From positions 198,582,059 through 198,646,058 of the forward strand of contig NC_052149.1 in NCBI RefSeq assembly GCF_902713615.1: a stretch of DNA of 64,000 bases, in the 5' to 3' direction. Positions 32,790 through 44,130 of this stretch are shown here, in pieces (position 1 is the stretch's first letter; each line of letters opens with the position of its first letter). The notes beneath the pieces were generated by a model that searched no databases, was not told the DNA's origin, and worked only from the letters and a program-made list of their open reading frames with translations. This DNA comes from Scyliorhinus canicula. Its lineage: Eukaryota. The position numbers and the translations under genes were made by a program.

Positions 32790-34677
32790 TATGGCATGGT
32801 GCCTTTTCCTTGTTGGATAATGATTAATGTGATATGTGAACTGTTAAGTAGCTTGTTTTTTTAATCTCTTTTTTATGAAGCAATTGTTGACTGTTTAACA
32901 AACAAAATATTCTCAAGTGGCTGCAGGTTATGTTTGCTGATTCCTCCTGAGTGTTTGTTTGCTGCTGTCTCTTCTGCTTCTGTGGCCTGAAATAAGGCAA
33001 AAAGAAGATTTAAGCAGGTCTACTACCAGTTTGAAGAAGGGGAAGGGAAGCACTTTCATGCTTCTGCTGTGCTCCATGTTCGTGTGACTTTCTGGTGTGA
33101 CTATTCCTGCCTTCGAGAGTCTGCTGCTGGGAGCTGCCAGAGCGAGACAGAGAGGCAGAGTGACCCGAATGCTGTTGTGGCTGCCTGAAGCCGTGTGTCT
33201 ATTTGTTGCCACCTCTTTTGCTTCTGTGGCCAGGAATATGGAAAGGGAGGAAGTGAGGTGAAACTACTGCCAGTACTGACAAAGGGGAAGGGTAGCGGCC
33301 CGATTCAACTGAGTAACTTGTTGAAGGTATAAAGGCCTGCTTTTGTAGATTGCTGGTGCCTTTTCTTATACTGTTAACTGTTTAATGTTTAATGTCTGTA
33401 AACTGTGTGTTTGCTTGCTGCTGCCTCTTTTACTTCTGTGGCCTGGAACAAGGAAATGGAGGAAGTCAGATGGCCTGCTGCTGGTGCTGAACAAGGGGGT
33501 GGGTGGCGGCCCAATTAACTGAGCATTTGCTGAAGGTCTTGAAGAAATACGTTTGCAGACTGCTGGTGACTTTATTGTACTGTTGACTGCTTAATGTTTA
33601 ATGGCTGGAAACCGTGCAGATTGCTGGTGATTTTATTGTACTGTTTACTGTTCATGTTTAATGTCCAGAAGCGGTGTGTTTGCTATTGTACTTGTAATGA
33701 ACTCCAATTGGCTTTATTGGTTGGCCAATTGGAGTATGAGCTTCCTCAATGATAGCTCATTGAGGGGGCTCATATAATCACCTGTGTAGGCTTTGTAAGC
33801 CAGTCTTAAGTTGACTGGACTGCTAGCAGCACTGTTTGAAGCTGCCCCTGTAATATCGTTATTGTAAATAAATATTGGTGTGGTGACGGAACTCCTGCCT
33901 CCCGTGGATTACTAGTACTATTGCTATTTAATGGTTAATGCTGGGAAGTTATGTGCTTGTCTGATGTTGCCCCGCTTCTGTAGCTTTGAACAAGGGAAAG
34001 GGTGACCTACTACCAGTGCTAGTGAAGGTCCAGGAGTGCTCTTTGGCTCTTCTGTCATGCTCTGTGTCAGTGTGACTTTTCCGGTGTTCTGTTACGCTAC
34101 CTTTGAGAAACTTTCCACTGATGCGAGTCTACTGTTGGAGCTGTGGAAGGGGGAGGGGGGGGGGGGAGAGTTATTGTACTGTTGATTGTTTACTGTTTAA
34201 TGCATGGAGGCTGTGTGTTTATCTGCTGCAACCCCTTTTGCTTCTGTGGCCTGGAGTCCAGAACCTACTGCCAGTGTTGAAGAGGGGAAAGAGGTACTCT
34301 CAGTCTCCCACCATGCTCTGTGTCGGTGTGATTTTCCGGTGTATTGTTACGCTATCGCCCTAGCGACTTTCCACTGACGTGAGTCTGCTGCTGGGGGCTG
34401 TGGGAGGGGGAGGGAGTGGCGAGTTGATACAGATGCTGGTGACTTCATTGTACTGTTGACTGTAATGTTTAATGTATATTTGGTTTTCTTTGTATAAATA
34501 CACTGTTTTGTGTTTGTACCGATATTCAGTAGTGAGAAGGTGCCTGTGTATGGCACAGGGCCTTTTTCTTATTGATTAATGGGTCATGTGATATGTGGAT
34601 TGTTAAGTAGTTTGTTTTTGATTTCTTTTGTACAAAGATTTTGTTGGCCCTTTAATAAACAAAATATTCTCAGGTGG
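32790..34677 (+). repeat. Degenerate tandem array (units of roughly 200-260 bp) bracketed by ~130-bp direct repeats
   Basis: CTTCTGTGGCC...CTACT(A/G)CCAGT...AAGGGG-like units near 32950, 33195, 33405, 33955 and 34215; direct repeats at 32790-32920 and 34549-34677 end in AAACAAAATATTCTCA.GTGG. Confidence 0.7.
33693..33914. repeat. Solo LTR (family B, 222 bp)
   Basis: TGTAAT...ATTACTA termini; exact 5-bp TSD GTACT; TATA-like and AATAAA motifs. Confidence 0.8.
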
Positions 34678-34679
34678 AT

Positions 34680-37600
34680 TCCCATGGGTAGATGTGCCAT
34701 GTTGCTGTCTCGCATCCCAATCAGACTGTGAGGCAGAAACACCTTCCCTGAGCACTGGAGGTGTCAGCGCCGCAGAGGCAGCAGCCAACAAGCACACACC
34801 TAAAGCTGGGCTTCGGCATGGGGGATATCCGTGTGACCAGAGGGCGAGTGTGTGGAACATGTGGGGGGGGGGGGGGGGGGGAGCAGGAGCAGGAGGGTGG
34901 TGGTGGTGGGAACTGAGTCCGGTCCAAGTAATGTTCCCGACAGGGGTCTGGGGTCCTGGCTCTGGAGCCTGGGGTTTGGGGCCCGTTGCCCAGGGGTCTT
35001 GCTGTGGCCGGGGGTGTGTGTGTTGGGGTCTCCCAGCACAACCGTCTCGTTGGATGGCACCCTGAGAGATTGCAGGGAATGTGAGTGTGGGGGGGGCTTG
35101 GAAAACCCGAGAGACCCGGGGTGGAAGCTATAACAGGTTGTCAGTCTCTCACCCTCTATTTCCTTACAGATATCACAGTATGGATGTTATTGTGGGCCCC
35201 AATATGAGAGCACCTGCTCTCATGGTCCCGGTGGCAGGACACGGGGCCAGATGCCGGAGAAGGCGGCGGCAGCAGCATTGACGGAGGCTCGAGGTAGCAG
35301 TCCATATCCAGCGGCCTGTCCCACACTCTGAGGAACCGGATGCCCATCTGGCCGGGGGAACGGGGTGGGGGGGACGCAGAGGGGGAGGCCAGCAGCCCTG
35401 TCGCTGGTCGCTCAAGAAGATGTTGAACAGCATGTGCCGCAGGAGGTTCCGCCTCAACAAGTGTACGATGCAGCACCTGTGCCTTGTCCTTGCAGACTTG
35501 AAACCTCCTGGAGGAGGAGGATATCCACCTGCCTGGTCACCACAGCCCTGAAATTCTATGGTTTGGGATTATTCCAGGGTTCAAGCAGGGTTTTGTGTGG
35601 TATGATCTAATCTACAGCCATACAGCGTACAACGTATAGCGTGAAGTCATAGATGGCCTGTTTTTATCAGGCAGCTGACTATGTAAGCATTGTCTTGGAC
35701 CAAGCAAATCAAGATGACTGGGCAGCAGGGTTCATCACCATCGCCAGGATGCCCCAGGTCCAGGAGGTAAAAGATGGCTGCATGTCACCTTGCGCGCAAC
35801 GGGCTGTCCAGTGGTACCAAACAAACAAAGAACAAAAATAAGTACAGCACAGGAACAGGCCCTACGACCCTCCAAGCCGACCATGCTGCCTGTCTAAACT
35901 AAAATCTTCTACACTTCTGGGGTCGGTATCCCTCTATTCCCATCCTATTCATGTATTTGTCAAGATGCCCCTTAAACGTCACTATTGTCCCTCCTTCCAC
36001 CACCTCCCCCGGCAGCGAGTTCCAGGCACCCACTACCCTTCATTAACACTCCCTGAACATCCAGCTTGTGTGCAACCGTCACCTCTGGATCATGCACATT
36101 CCCCAGGGGGTGTGCATGGCAGCTACATCCTGGGGCAGCCGGAGATCCCCGGTGTCTTCGAGGGACACCCCATAATGACAGATTTGCTCTTGGGGACAAT
36201 GGGTAGCTTCTGAGATCCTGGCTAATGACGCCAGTACGAAGGCTAGAGCCCAATGCAAAGATCCGATATAACCAGGCCCATGTGGCCACCCGGGCTGTCA
36301 TTGAGCAGAGCATTGGACTGCTTAAATCCGGTTCTGTCGCCTCAACCACTCTGATGGCGCACTGCAGTACACTCCACAGCCTGGCACAGCAGGGGGCAAT
36401 GTGATGGAGATGGAGGAGAAGGGACATGTGGCCTAGTCTAAGGAGGAGGAGCTGGCCCAGGAGAGGCTAGAGGATGAGCCCAGGGAAGGCCCCGCAGGAG
36501 AAGCCAGAGGATGGAGGACAGGCAGTGACGGCAAGGGTCTGAAATGCCCGGAGAACTAAGGAGGCCCTCATCCTCACCCGCATTTCATAGCATGTGTCTT
36601 CATCCATCGTCTCATCCCCCCCCCCCCCCCCCTCCCCTTCCCACCATCCATCCTGCCCCCCCTCCGGACTCGCCTCTCTCCCCCCTATAGCCATTAACCT
36701 CCACCCATTCACTGCCTCCCGCAATTGCCCTGTCCACCCTCCCAAGGTCTGTGCAACACCACTCCAGGGTGATGGGCCAATGTCAGCACTGGCAGGGGTC
36801 AATACACAAAGCAGCATGGTGATGATAACCCGCTGTGAGGTGAGCTCTGGTGATCCTCAATCTATGCCATAGGCGGACACCTGCTTGTCAGCTCACACCC
36901 ATCACCTGCACGTAGATTGTCTTGGGGGAGGAGTTGCCAGATCTAGGAACACCGTGCTTGGGGGAGTAGGACTGGGGGAGGGTAGAGGCCGGCCTGTAGT
37001 GCAGAATAGCATGAGAGAGGCTTCACATGTCTTTGGTATAACCAGTTTTAATGGGGTACAATCGTGACCCTAACTATCCCTAGCCACCAAAGGTGCCACC
37101 ACCTCTCTCCCCCAGTGCCCTCTCAGTGATCCTCAAACTGCTTAGCCCTCCTTACTCTGCCTCTGGTAGGTCTGTCCACAGGATGCATATTAGAGGTGGA
37201 GGCATCCAGCTACTGACCACGCCATGCAGTCTTTGATGCCCCAGCGGGTGTCCTCTGGAAAACCTGGGGCGGGAGGGACCCGGCCGCTTTGTCAATGGCA
37301 CATGCCTCGCCGTGCCACCCTGTTTCGCACGCTGACCCTGAGATGCATTGTCGTCAGGAGGGGGGTACTCAGGAGAGCTGGTGACTGACGTTGTTGCCCT
37401 CTATGGACTGCTGGGTCAGTCTCTGATGCTCCCTCCTCCTGGGGTGGGCCCGTAGAGCTCTGGGGACTCACCTTGGGATGTAGGGTTGGCTGGAGTAAGC
37501 TCCAGTGGTCCTTGCTTCATATGGCTCTGCCAGCTCTGGCAGCTCCCCATTGTCTGCACCATGGTGTCAATGCCCTAAGTGGTGCCGCTCTGTGACCAGA

Positions 37601-38480
37601 CCACGCTCTGGAGTTCCTCGGCAATATCCCCATGTATCTGGGACACATTCGTCAGTGACTCGGATATGCTCTGGAGCATGCCAGCACTGCCCACCTGAGA
37701 CTGGGACATGCTCTGCAGCGCCTTGGCAATGCCCACCTAAGTCAGGAACTGGGACATGCTCCAGGACACCTTGGCAACGCCCATCTGAGACTGGAACATG
37801 TTCCGCTGTGCCTCGGCAATGCCATCTGAGACTGGAACATGTGCCGCAGCGCCTCGGCAATGCCCATCTCGGCAATGTCCATGGCTGGAAGGATCATTAT
37901 GTCTGGCATGAACAACTCACATGTGACAGGTCTGCTGTGCGGGGGTCGGTGCTCCTTCACATTAATGCCACAGGCCAAGCTCGCCATCAGTGACCACTCT
38001 GCCCTCATTCACACCTGCGACCACCGTAGGGCACGTTCCTCATAGGGGGTGAAGACTCTGATGTCCGGCACTCCGCTGCCCGTTGGGGCCCTTTCCCACT
38101 GATTGTGTGCCAACTTCTTCTGCGGGTACAAAAGGAGGGCATTGTGAGCCGCACACATTGGGTGCTATTGTCATGACAGGCATGGGAACCGCTGCTGGGC
38201 ATCGGTGGGGTGTGGTGATGGGTGCCAGGCTGTGCTGGGCAAGGCATAGTATTGTGCTGGGGGTGGTGTGGTGCCAACCAACGGGGGGGGGGAGGGGGAG
38301 GCTGGGGGGGTGACAGGTGGCACTGGTGCTAGGAGGCCGATGTCAACTTACCCGTGCAGCCCGGTGGAGGTCGTTGAGCTTCTTACAGCACTGGGTGGAA
38401 TTCCTCCTGGTGACAGGGTGGCAGGGCGGGGTGGGGGGCAGAGAGGGAGATGCAACATGGCAGGGTTGGAGAAGAAGCGT
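34680..38480. mobile_element. Relic of an autonomous PIF/Harbinger transposon (HARBI1-like transposase on +, Myb/SANT-like gene on -)
   Basis: + strand remnants ALKFYGLGLFQG, AAGFITIARMPQVQ..DG, L.SWLMTPVRR, RYNQAHVATRAVIEQSIGLLK; - strand RRNSTQCCKKLNDLHRAAR near 38345-38410. Confidence 0.75.
35170..36590 (+). pseudogene. HARBI1-like DDE transposase pseudogene
   Basis: Frameshifted motifs as above; interrupted by a small CR1 tail fragment at about 35820-36035. Confidence 0.7.
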
Positions 38481-38499
38481 GGTCAGGGGCAGAGAAGGT

Positions 38500-41400
38500 G
38501 ACCATCTTGGATGGGCCTGATACAGGGTGAAATCAGAAGGGGTGGAGCAGAAAGGGTAGGATGGCGGACAGTAGAGGGTAATGCCCAAATAAGGCTTATA
38601 ACATGTAATGTGGGAGGTCTCAATGGACCGGTGAAGAGATTGCGGGTTTTTGCACACCTTCAGGGTATAAAGGCAAAGGTGATCTTTCTGCAGACGACCC
38701 ACCTCCGTGTGAAGGACCAGGTTAGGTTGAGAAAGGGATGGGTGGGTCAGGTATTTCACTCGGGGTTTGACTAGAAGTCGCGGGGTGTGGCAATCCTGAT
38801 GAGCGAGAAGACAGGGTTTGTGACTGCAAAGGAAGTGAGGAACCCGGGTGGGAGATGTGTGATGGTGAGCAGGGTATTGGAGGGGTGACGGTGGTGTTGG
38901 TGAATGAGAATGCACCGAATTGGAATGATGTAGGTTTTATGAGGGAGCTGCTGAAGCAATCACAGACTTGGCCACGCATCAGTTGATCATGGGAGGAGGT
39001 TTTAATTGTGTTCTAGAGCCGAGGGTAGATAGGTCGAGCACCAGGTCAATGGGAAGGATACGAATGACAAAGAAGCTGGGAGTGTTCATGGAAAAGATGG
39101 ATATGGTGGACCCATGGTGCCTTAAGAACCCAGGGGAAGGGCGTAATTATTTTTCTCACATGTTAAAGAGTGTACTCCAGAATCAACATTTTTGTGGTGA
39201 GCCGGGAGGTGTTGGTCGGAGTGGAGGGGGTGGAGTACACAGGGATAGTAATTTCAACCATGAGCCCCACTGGCTGGAGATTCGGATTAGATCGGGACAG
39301 GAGCAGTGGCCGGAATGGAGGCTCAATTCAGGGTTGTTGGCAGATAGTGGGATCTGTGATAAAGTGTGGTCAGTGATTAAAGACTATGTGGAGTTGAACC
39401 AGATTGGGGAGACGTCGGCAGCCACATTTTGGGAGGCACTGAAGGAAGTAGTCCCACGGGAGATTATTTTGTTCAAGGCACATGAAGATAGGAAAAGGAG
39501 AGAGAAAAATGGGTGCTTAAAGAACGAGATAGTCGAGATAGATAGGGAGTATTCAAGGGCACCCACTGCAGAGGGATTGGCGAGGAGGAAAAAGTTGCAG
39601 GAGCAATTTGATAGGTTAACAATGGGAAGGGCGGTGGGCAGCTGCACAGGGGAAGGTGGGTGCACTACGAGTACAGGGAGAAGGCAAGCCGAATGCTAGC
39701 ACATCAATTACTGAGGCAGGCCACGTCCAGGGAAATATTGAGGATACGGACAGCAACAGGGGAGTGGTGACGAAGCCAAGGAGGATAAATGAGACGTTTA
39801 GGGAATACTATAAGGAGCTGTACAGGGCGGACCCAGGGGTTGAAGAAGGGGTCATGGGGAGGTTTTTGGATGGGCTGGAGTTCCCACAGCTAGAGGAAGA
39901 GAAGAGGCAGGCGCTTGAGGATCCTTAGGGTCTCAAGGAAGTATTGGACAGTATAAAGGGTATGAAGTCGGGAAACGTCCCGGGGCCAGATGGTTACCCA
40001 GCGGAATTTTATAAGGAGTTTGCGACGGACCTGGCACCACATCTACTGGGGGCGTTTAGTAAGGCGTTGACAAAGGGGGAGCTGCCAGAAACGATAATGC
40101 AGGCAATGACCACATTGATACTAAAGAAGGGGAACGACCTGTTAGAATGTGGGTCATGGAGGCCCATATGACTGTTAAATACAGATATAAAACTGCTGGC
40201 TGGCGGGAGGATGGAAGGCTGTGTCCCGGGGCGGGGGTAGTTGCGGAGGACCAGACAGGCTTTGTAAAGGGCAGACAGCTCTCTCATAATATAAGGAGAC
40301 TGTTAAAGGTGATCATGACTCCGTCAAGAGGTCGGGTATCGGAGGTAGTGGTGTCCATGGATGCGGAGAAGGCATTTGAGTGGGTGGAATGGCGGTATTT
40401 GTTTGAGATCCTGGGAAGGTTGGGGTTTGGGCTGAAATTTGTCGTATGGATGCGCTTGTTATATTTGGCACAGGTGGCGAATGTACGGACCAATGATATG
40501 GGCTCACAAAACCTTGGGTTACACAGGGGAACAAGGCAGGGGTGCCCGCTGTTGCCGCTACTGTTTACGTTGGCTGTAGAGCCTCTGGCAATGGCGCTTA
40601 GGGGGTTGGCAGAGTGGCAAGGGATTACGAGGGTGAGTAGGGAGCATCAGGTGTCGCTATATGCTGATGACCTGTTACTGTACGTGTCGAACCCGCTGGG
40701 GAGCATGGGAAGGAGTATGGGCCTATTAGGGAAGTTCCGGATGTTCTCAGGATACAAATTGAACACAGAGAATAGTGAAGTGTTCCCGCTGAACGAAATT
40801 GGTCAGAGAGCCAACCTAGGGGGGTTTACATTCAAAGTAGTCAGAGATAGGTTTAAATATCTAGGGATTCAGGGAAAGGGAGAGTGGTGGAGGAGGTTAG
40901 GGAGGATCTGAAGAGGTGGGACATGCTGCATCTGACTCTGGCAGGGAGAGTCCCAGTGGTGAAGATGAATGTCCTGCCAAGGTTTCTATTCATATTCGAG
41001 ATGCTTCCAATTTTTGCACCAAAGGCCTTTTTCTGGAAGCTGGATACGATTATCTCAGAGTTTGTGTGGGCAGGGAAGGTACCAAAGGTCAAGAGGACCC
41101 TGTCACAGAGGCAGAGGCATGTCACAGCACTAGTGAGGATAATGGGGGACAATCTTGAGCCAGACTCATGGGTGGCGATATTTTGGATATCGGAGAAGCC
41201 GGAGTTGATGGAGGGGAGGAAGGCCGATGTCGAGGCCTTTGCCTCTCTGGTTGCCGGGCAAAGGATCTTACTGGAATGGCAATCGGTAACGCCACCAGGG
41301 GTGGCTGCCTGGCTGGGAGACTTATACAACTCTCTCCGTCTGGAAAAGATCAAATATGAATTGACGGGTTTAGCAGAGTGCTTTGAGGCAAGGTGGGGGA

Positions 41401-41550
41401 TGTTCATGGCCATGTTTGAAGAGTTGTTCGTTGTGGGGGGAAGGGAAGCGGGAGGGAGCGGGGGTAAAATTGAGAACAAATTTGCATGTTCCACAGACTG
41501 TTTATGTTTTGTAACTGTTTGAATAAGCTTGGAATAAAATGCATTAAAAG
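38500..41550 (+). mobile_element. L1/Tx1-clade LINE ORF2 (endonuclease + RT), decayed, with an internal deletion and its 3' end
   Basis: ITCNVGGLNGPVKR, LIMGGGFNCVL, PGPDGYPAEFYK, DAEKAF, GTRQGCPL, YADD, VKMNVLPRFLF; AATAAA near 41533. Confidence 0.9.
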
Positions 41551-41554
41551 AAAA

Positions 41555-41710
41555 TGACCCATTTCCATCCTCCCACTGGCACCTTGATCCCAATACCAGC
41601 AGGGAACCACCGCATCGGAAATGACACGGATCCCAATTTTTTACCAGCACTGGATTATATGCCGCATCGGGAACTCCGCTACCGGTGGTGGGCGACGGAA
41701 AATCCAGCCC
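41555..41710. mobile_element. Harbinger terminal segment, probably the right end of the 34680-38480 element
   Basis: Ends GGAAAATCCAGCCC, matching the MITE TIR family. Confidence 0.55.
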
Positions 41711-41929
41711 AGTATTTCCACTAACCGATGAACTGGTAACCACAGGACACATATTTAAGTTAATTGGCAAAAGAACTAGAAAGAAGAGAGAAATAAATCT
41801 TTTAGGTAGTGAGTTACTATGATCTAAACAGCACTGCCTGAAAAGGGATTGGAAGCAGATTCAAGCGCAACTTTCCAAATTGAAATTGGATTTGTACTTG
41901 AAGAGGGAAAAATGCAGGCATTGGGAAAC

Positions 41930-43775
41930 AGATGGTCCTAAAAGCAGAATACCAGGAGTTAAGAAGAAAGTTGAGAAGTCAGACCTCAAAGGTAGTGATC
42001 TCAGGATTACTACCAGTGTCACCTCCTAGTCAGAGGAGAAATAGTAGAATGCATCTGATGAATACATGGCTGAAGAGATGGTCTGAGGGGGAGGGTTTTA
42101 GATTCCTAGGGCATTAGAACCGGTTCTGGAGGGAAGGTGGGAGCTGTACAAACTGGACGGGATATACCTGGGCAGGGCTGATTAAGGGGAAAATACAATA
42201 TGAAAGTAAGCTAGCGAGGAACATAAAAACGGACTGTAAATGTTTCTATAGGAATGTAGAGAAAAATATTGATGAAAACGAATGTAGGCCCCGTAAAGTC
42301 AGAAACGGGGGAATTCAAAACGGGGAACTAAGAAATGGCTGAGGAACTAAATTGGTACTTGCTTCTGTCTGCACAAAGGAAGAAATGAATAATGTACCAG
42401 GCGTTGTGAGAAATACAAGTTTCAGTGAGGAGCTGATGGAAATTAGTACTGGTAAATAAATGGTTTTGGGGAAATTAATGGTATTGAAGGCAGATAAATC
42501 TCCAGGGTCTGATAATCTTCATCCCAGAGTACTTAATGAAGTGGCCCAAGAAATAGCAGATCCATTGGTGATCATTTTCCAAAATTCTTTGGACTCTGGA
42601 ATGGAGATTAGAGGGTAGCTAATGGAATCCCGCTATTCCAAAGCAGAGAGGCAGAGAGAAAACAGAATCATAGGCCAGAGAGCATAATGTCGGTCGTCGG
42701 GAAGTTGCTAAAATCCATTATCAAGAATTTCATAGCTCAGCATTTGGTAAACAGTGCTATAATCAGACAAAATCAGCGTGGATTTATGAAAGAGAAATCA
42801 TGCTTGACAAATCTACCAGAATTCTTTGAAGATGTAACTAGTAGAGTAGACCAGGGAGAACCAGTGGATGTGATTTATTTAGACTTTCAGAAGGTCTCAT
42901 ATAGCAGATTATTATGTAAAGTTAAAGGACATGGGATTACGGGTAGTGTCGTGAGATGGGAGAAAGCTGGTTAAAAGATAGGAAGCAAAAAGTTGGAATA
43001 AATGAAACGTTTTCCTATTGGCAGGCAGTGACTAGTGGGTACAGCAAGGACCCCAAATATTCACATTATATATTAATGATTTGGACAAGGGAACTAAATG
43101 TATTATCTCCAAATTTGCAGCTGATACACAGTAAGTGTGGGGGGGGGAGTTGTGAGGAGGATGCAGAGATGCTTCAGCGAGATTTGGACAGGCTGAGTGA
43201 GATATTTAGGGTGTTGGCGATGCCACATCTGGAGTATTGTGTGTAGTTTTGGCGTCCTTATCTAGGAAAGATGTTCTTGCTATGGAGGGAGTGCAGCGAA
43301 CGTTGACCAGGCTGATTCCTGGGATGGCGGGACTTTCAGATGATGAGAGACTAAGTCGGTTAGGATTATATTGATTGGAGTTTAGAAGAGTGAGAGGGGA
43401 TCTCATAGAAACTTACAAAATTCTAACAGGATTAGACAGGGTAGATTCAGAAAGAATGTTCCCAAAGGTGGGGAGTCCAGAACTAAGGGTCATAGTCTGA
43501 GGAAAAGGGGTAAACCTTTTAGGACTGAGCTGAGGAGAAATTTCTTCACCCAGAGAGTGGTGAATCTGGAATTCACTACCACAGAAAGTAGTTGAGGCCA
43601 AAACGTTGTGCACTTTCGAGAAGGAATTAGATATAGCTCTTGGAGCTAAAGGATTCAAGCGATATGGGGGGAAGGCGGGATCAGGGTATTGAACTTGATG
43701 ATCAGTCATGATCAGAATGAATGGCAGAGCAGGCTCAAAGGGCTGAATGTTCCCTTCCTGCTTCTATTTTCTAAT
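41930..43775 (+). mobile_element. CR1/HER1 LINE with ORF1 esterase remnant and decayed ORF2
   Basis: SKVVISGLLPV..MNTWLKRW..EGFRFLGH (SGNH-type ORF1); SCLTNLPEFFEDVT..VDVIYLDFQK; PHLEYCV; CR1 3' UTR. Confidence 0.88.
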
Positions 43776-43819
43776 GTGCGTTTCTATGTAGGAGAGTAGT
43801 AGAACTAATTGGATCATGG

Positions 43820-44130
43820 ATGGCACAATAGCACAGTGGTTAGCACTGTTGCTCCACAACACCAGGGTCCCAGGTTCGATTCCCAGTTGGGTCACTGTCT
43901 GTGTGGGGTCTGCACGTTCTCCCTGTGTCCTCACGGGTTTCCTCCAGGTGCTCCGGTTTCCTCCCACAAGTCACGAAAAACGTGCTGTTAGGTAATTTGG
44001 ACATTCTAATTCTCCCTCTGTGTACCTGAACAGGTGGCAGAATGTGGCAACTAGGGACTTTTCACAGTAACTTCATTGTAGGGTTAATGTAAGCCTATTT
44101 GTGACAATAAAGATTATTATTATTATTATT
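43820..44130 (+). mobile_element. tRNA-head SINE with alternative tail ending (ATT)n
   Basis: HE1-like head; tail TTTTCACAGTAACTTCATTG...GTGACAATAAAGATTATTATT. Confidence 0.8.

Noticed and set aside
40853-41770. 305-aa minus-strand ORF
   Set aside because: It is antisense to L1 ORF2 and crosses an element boundary.
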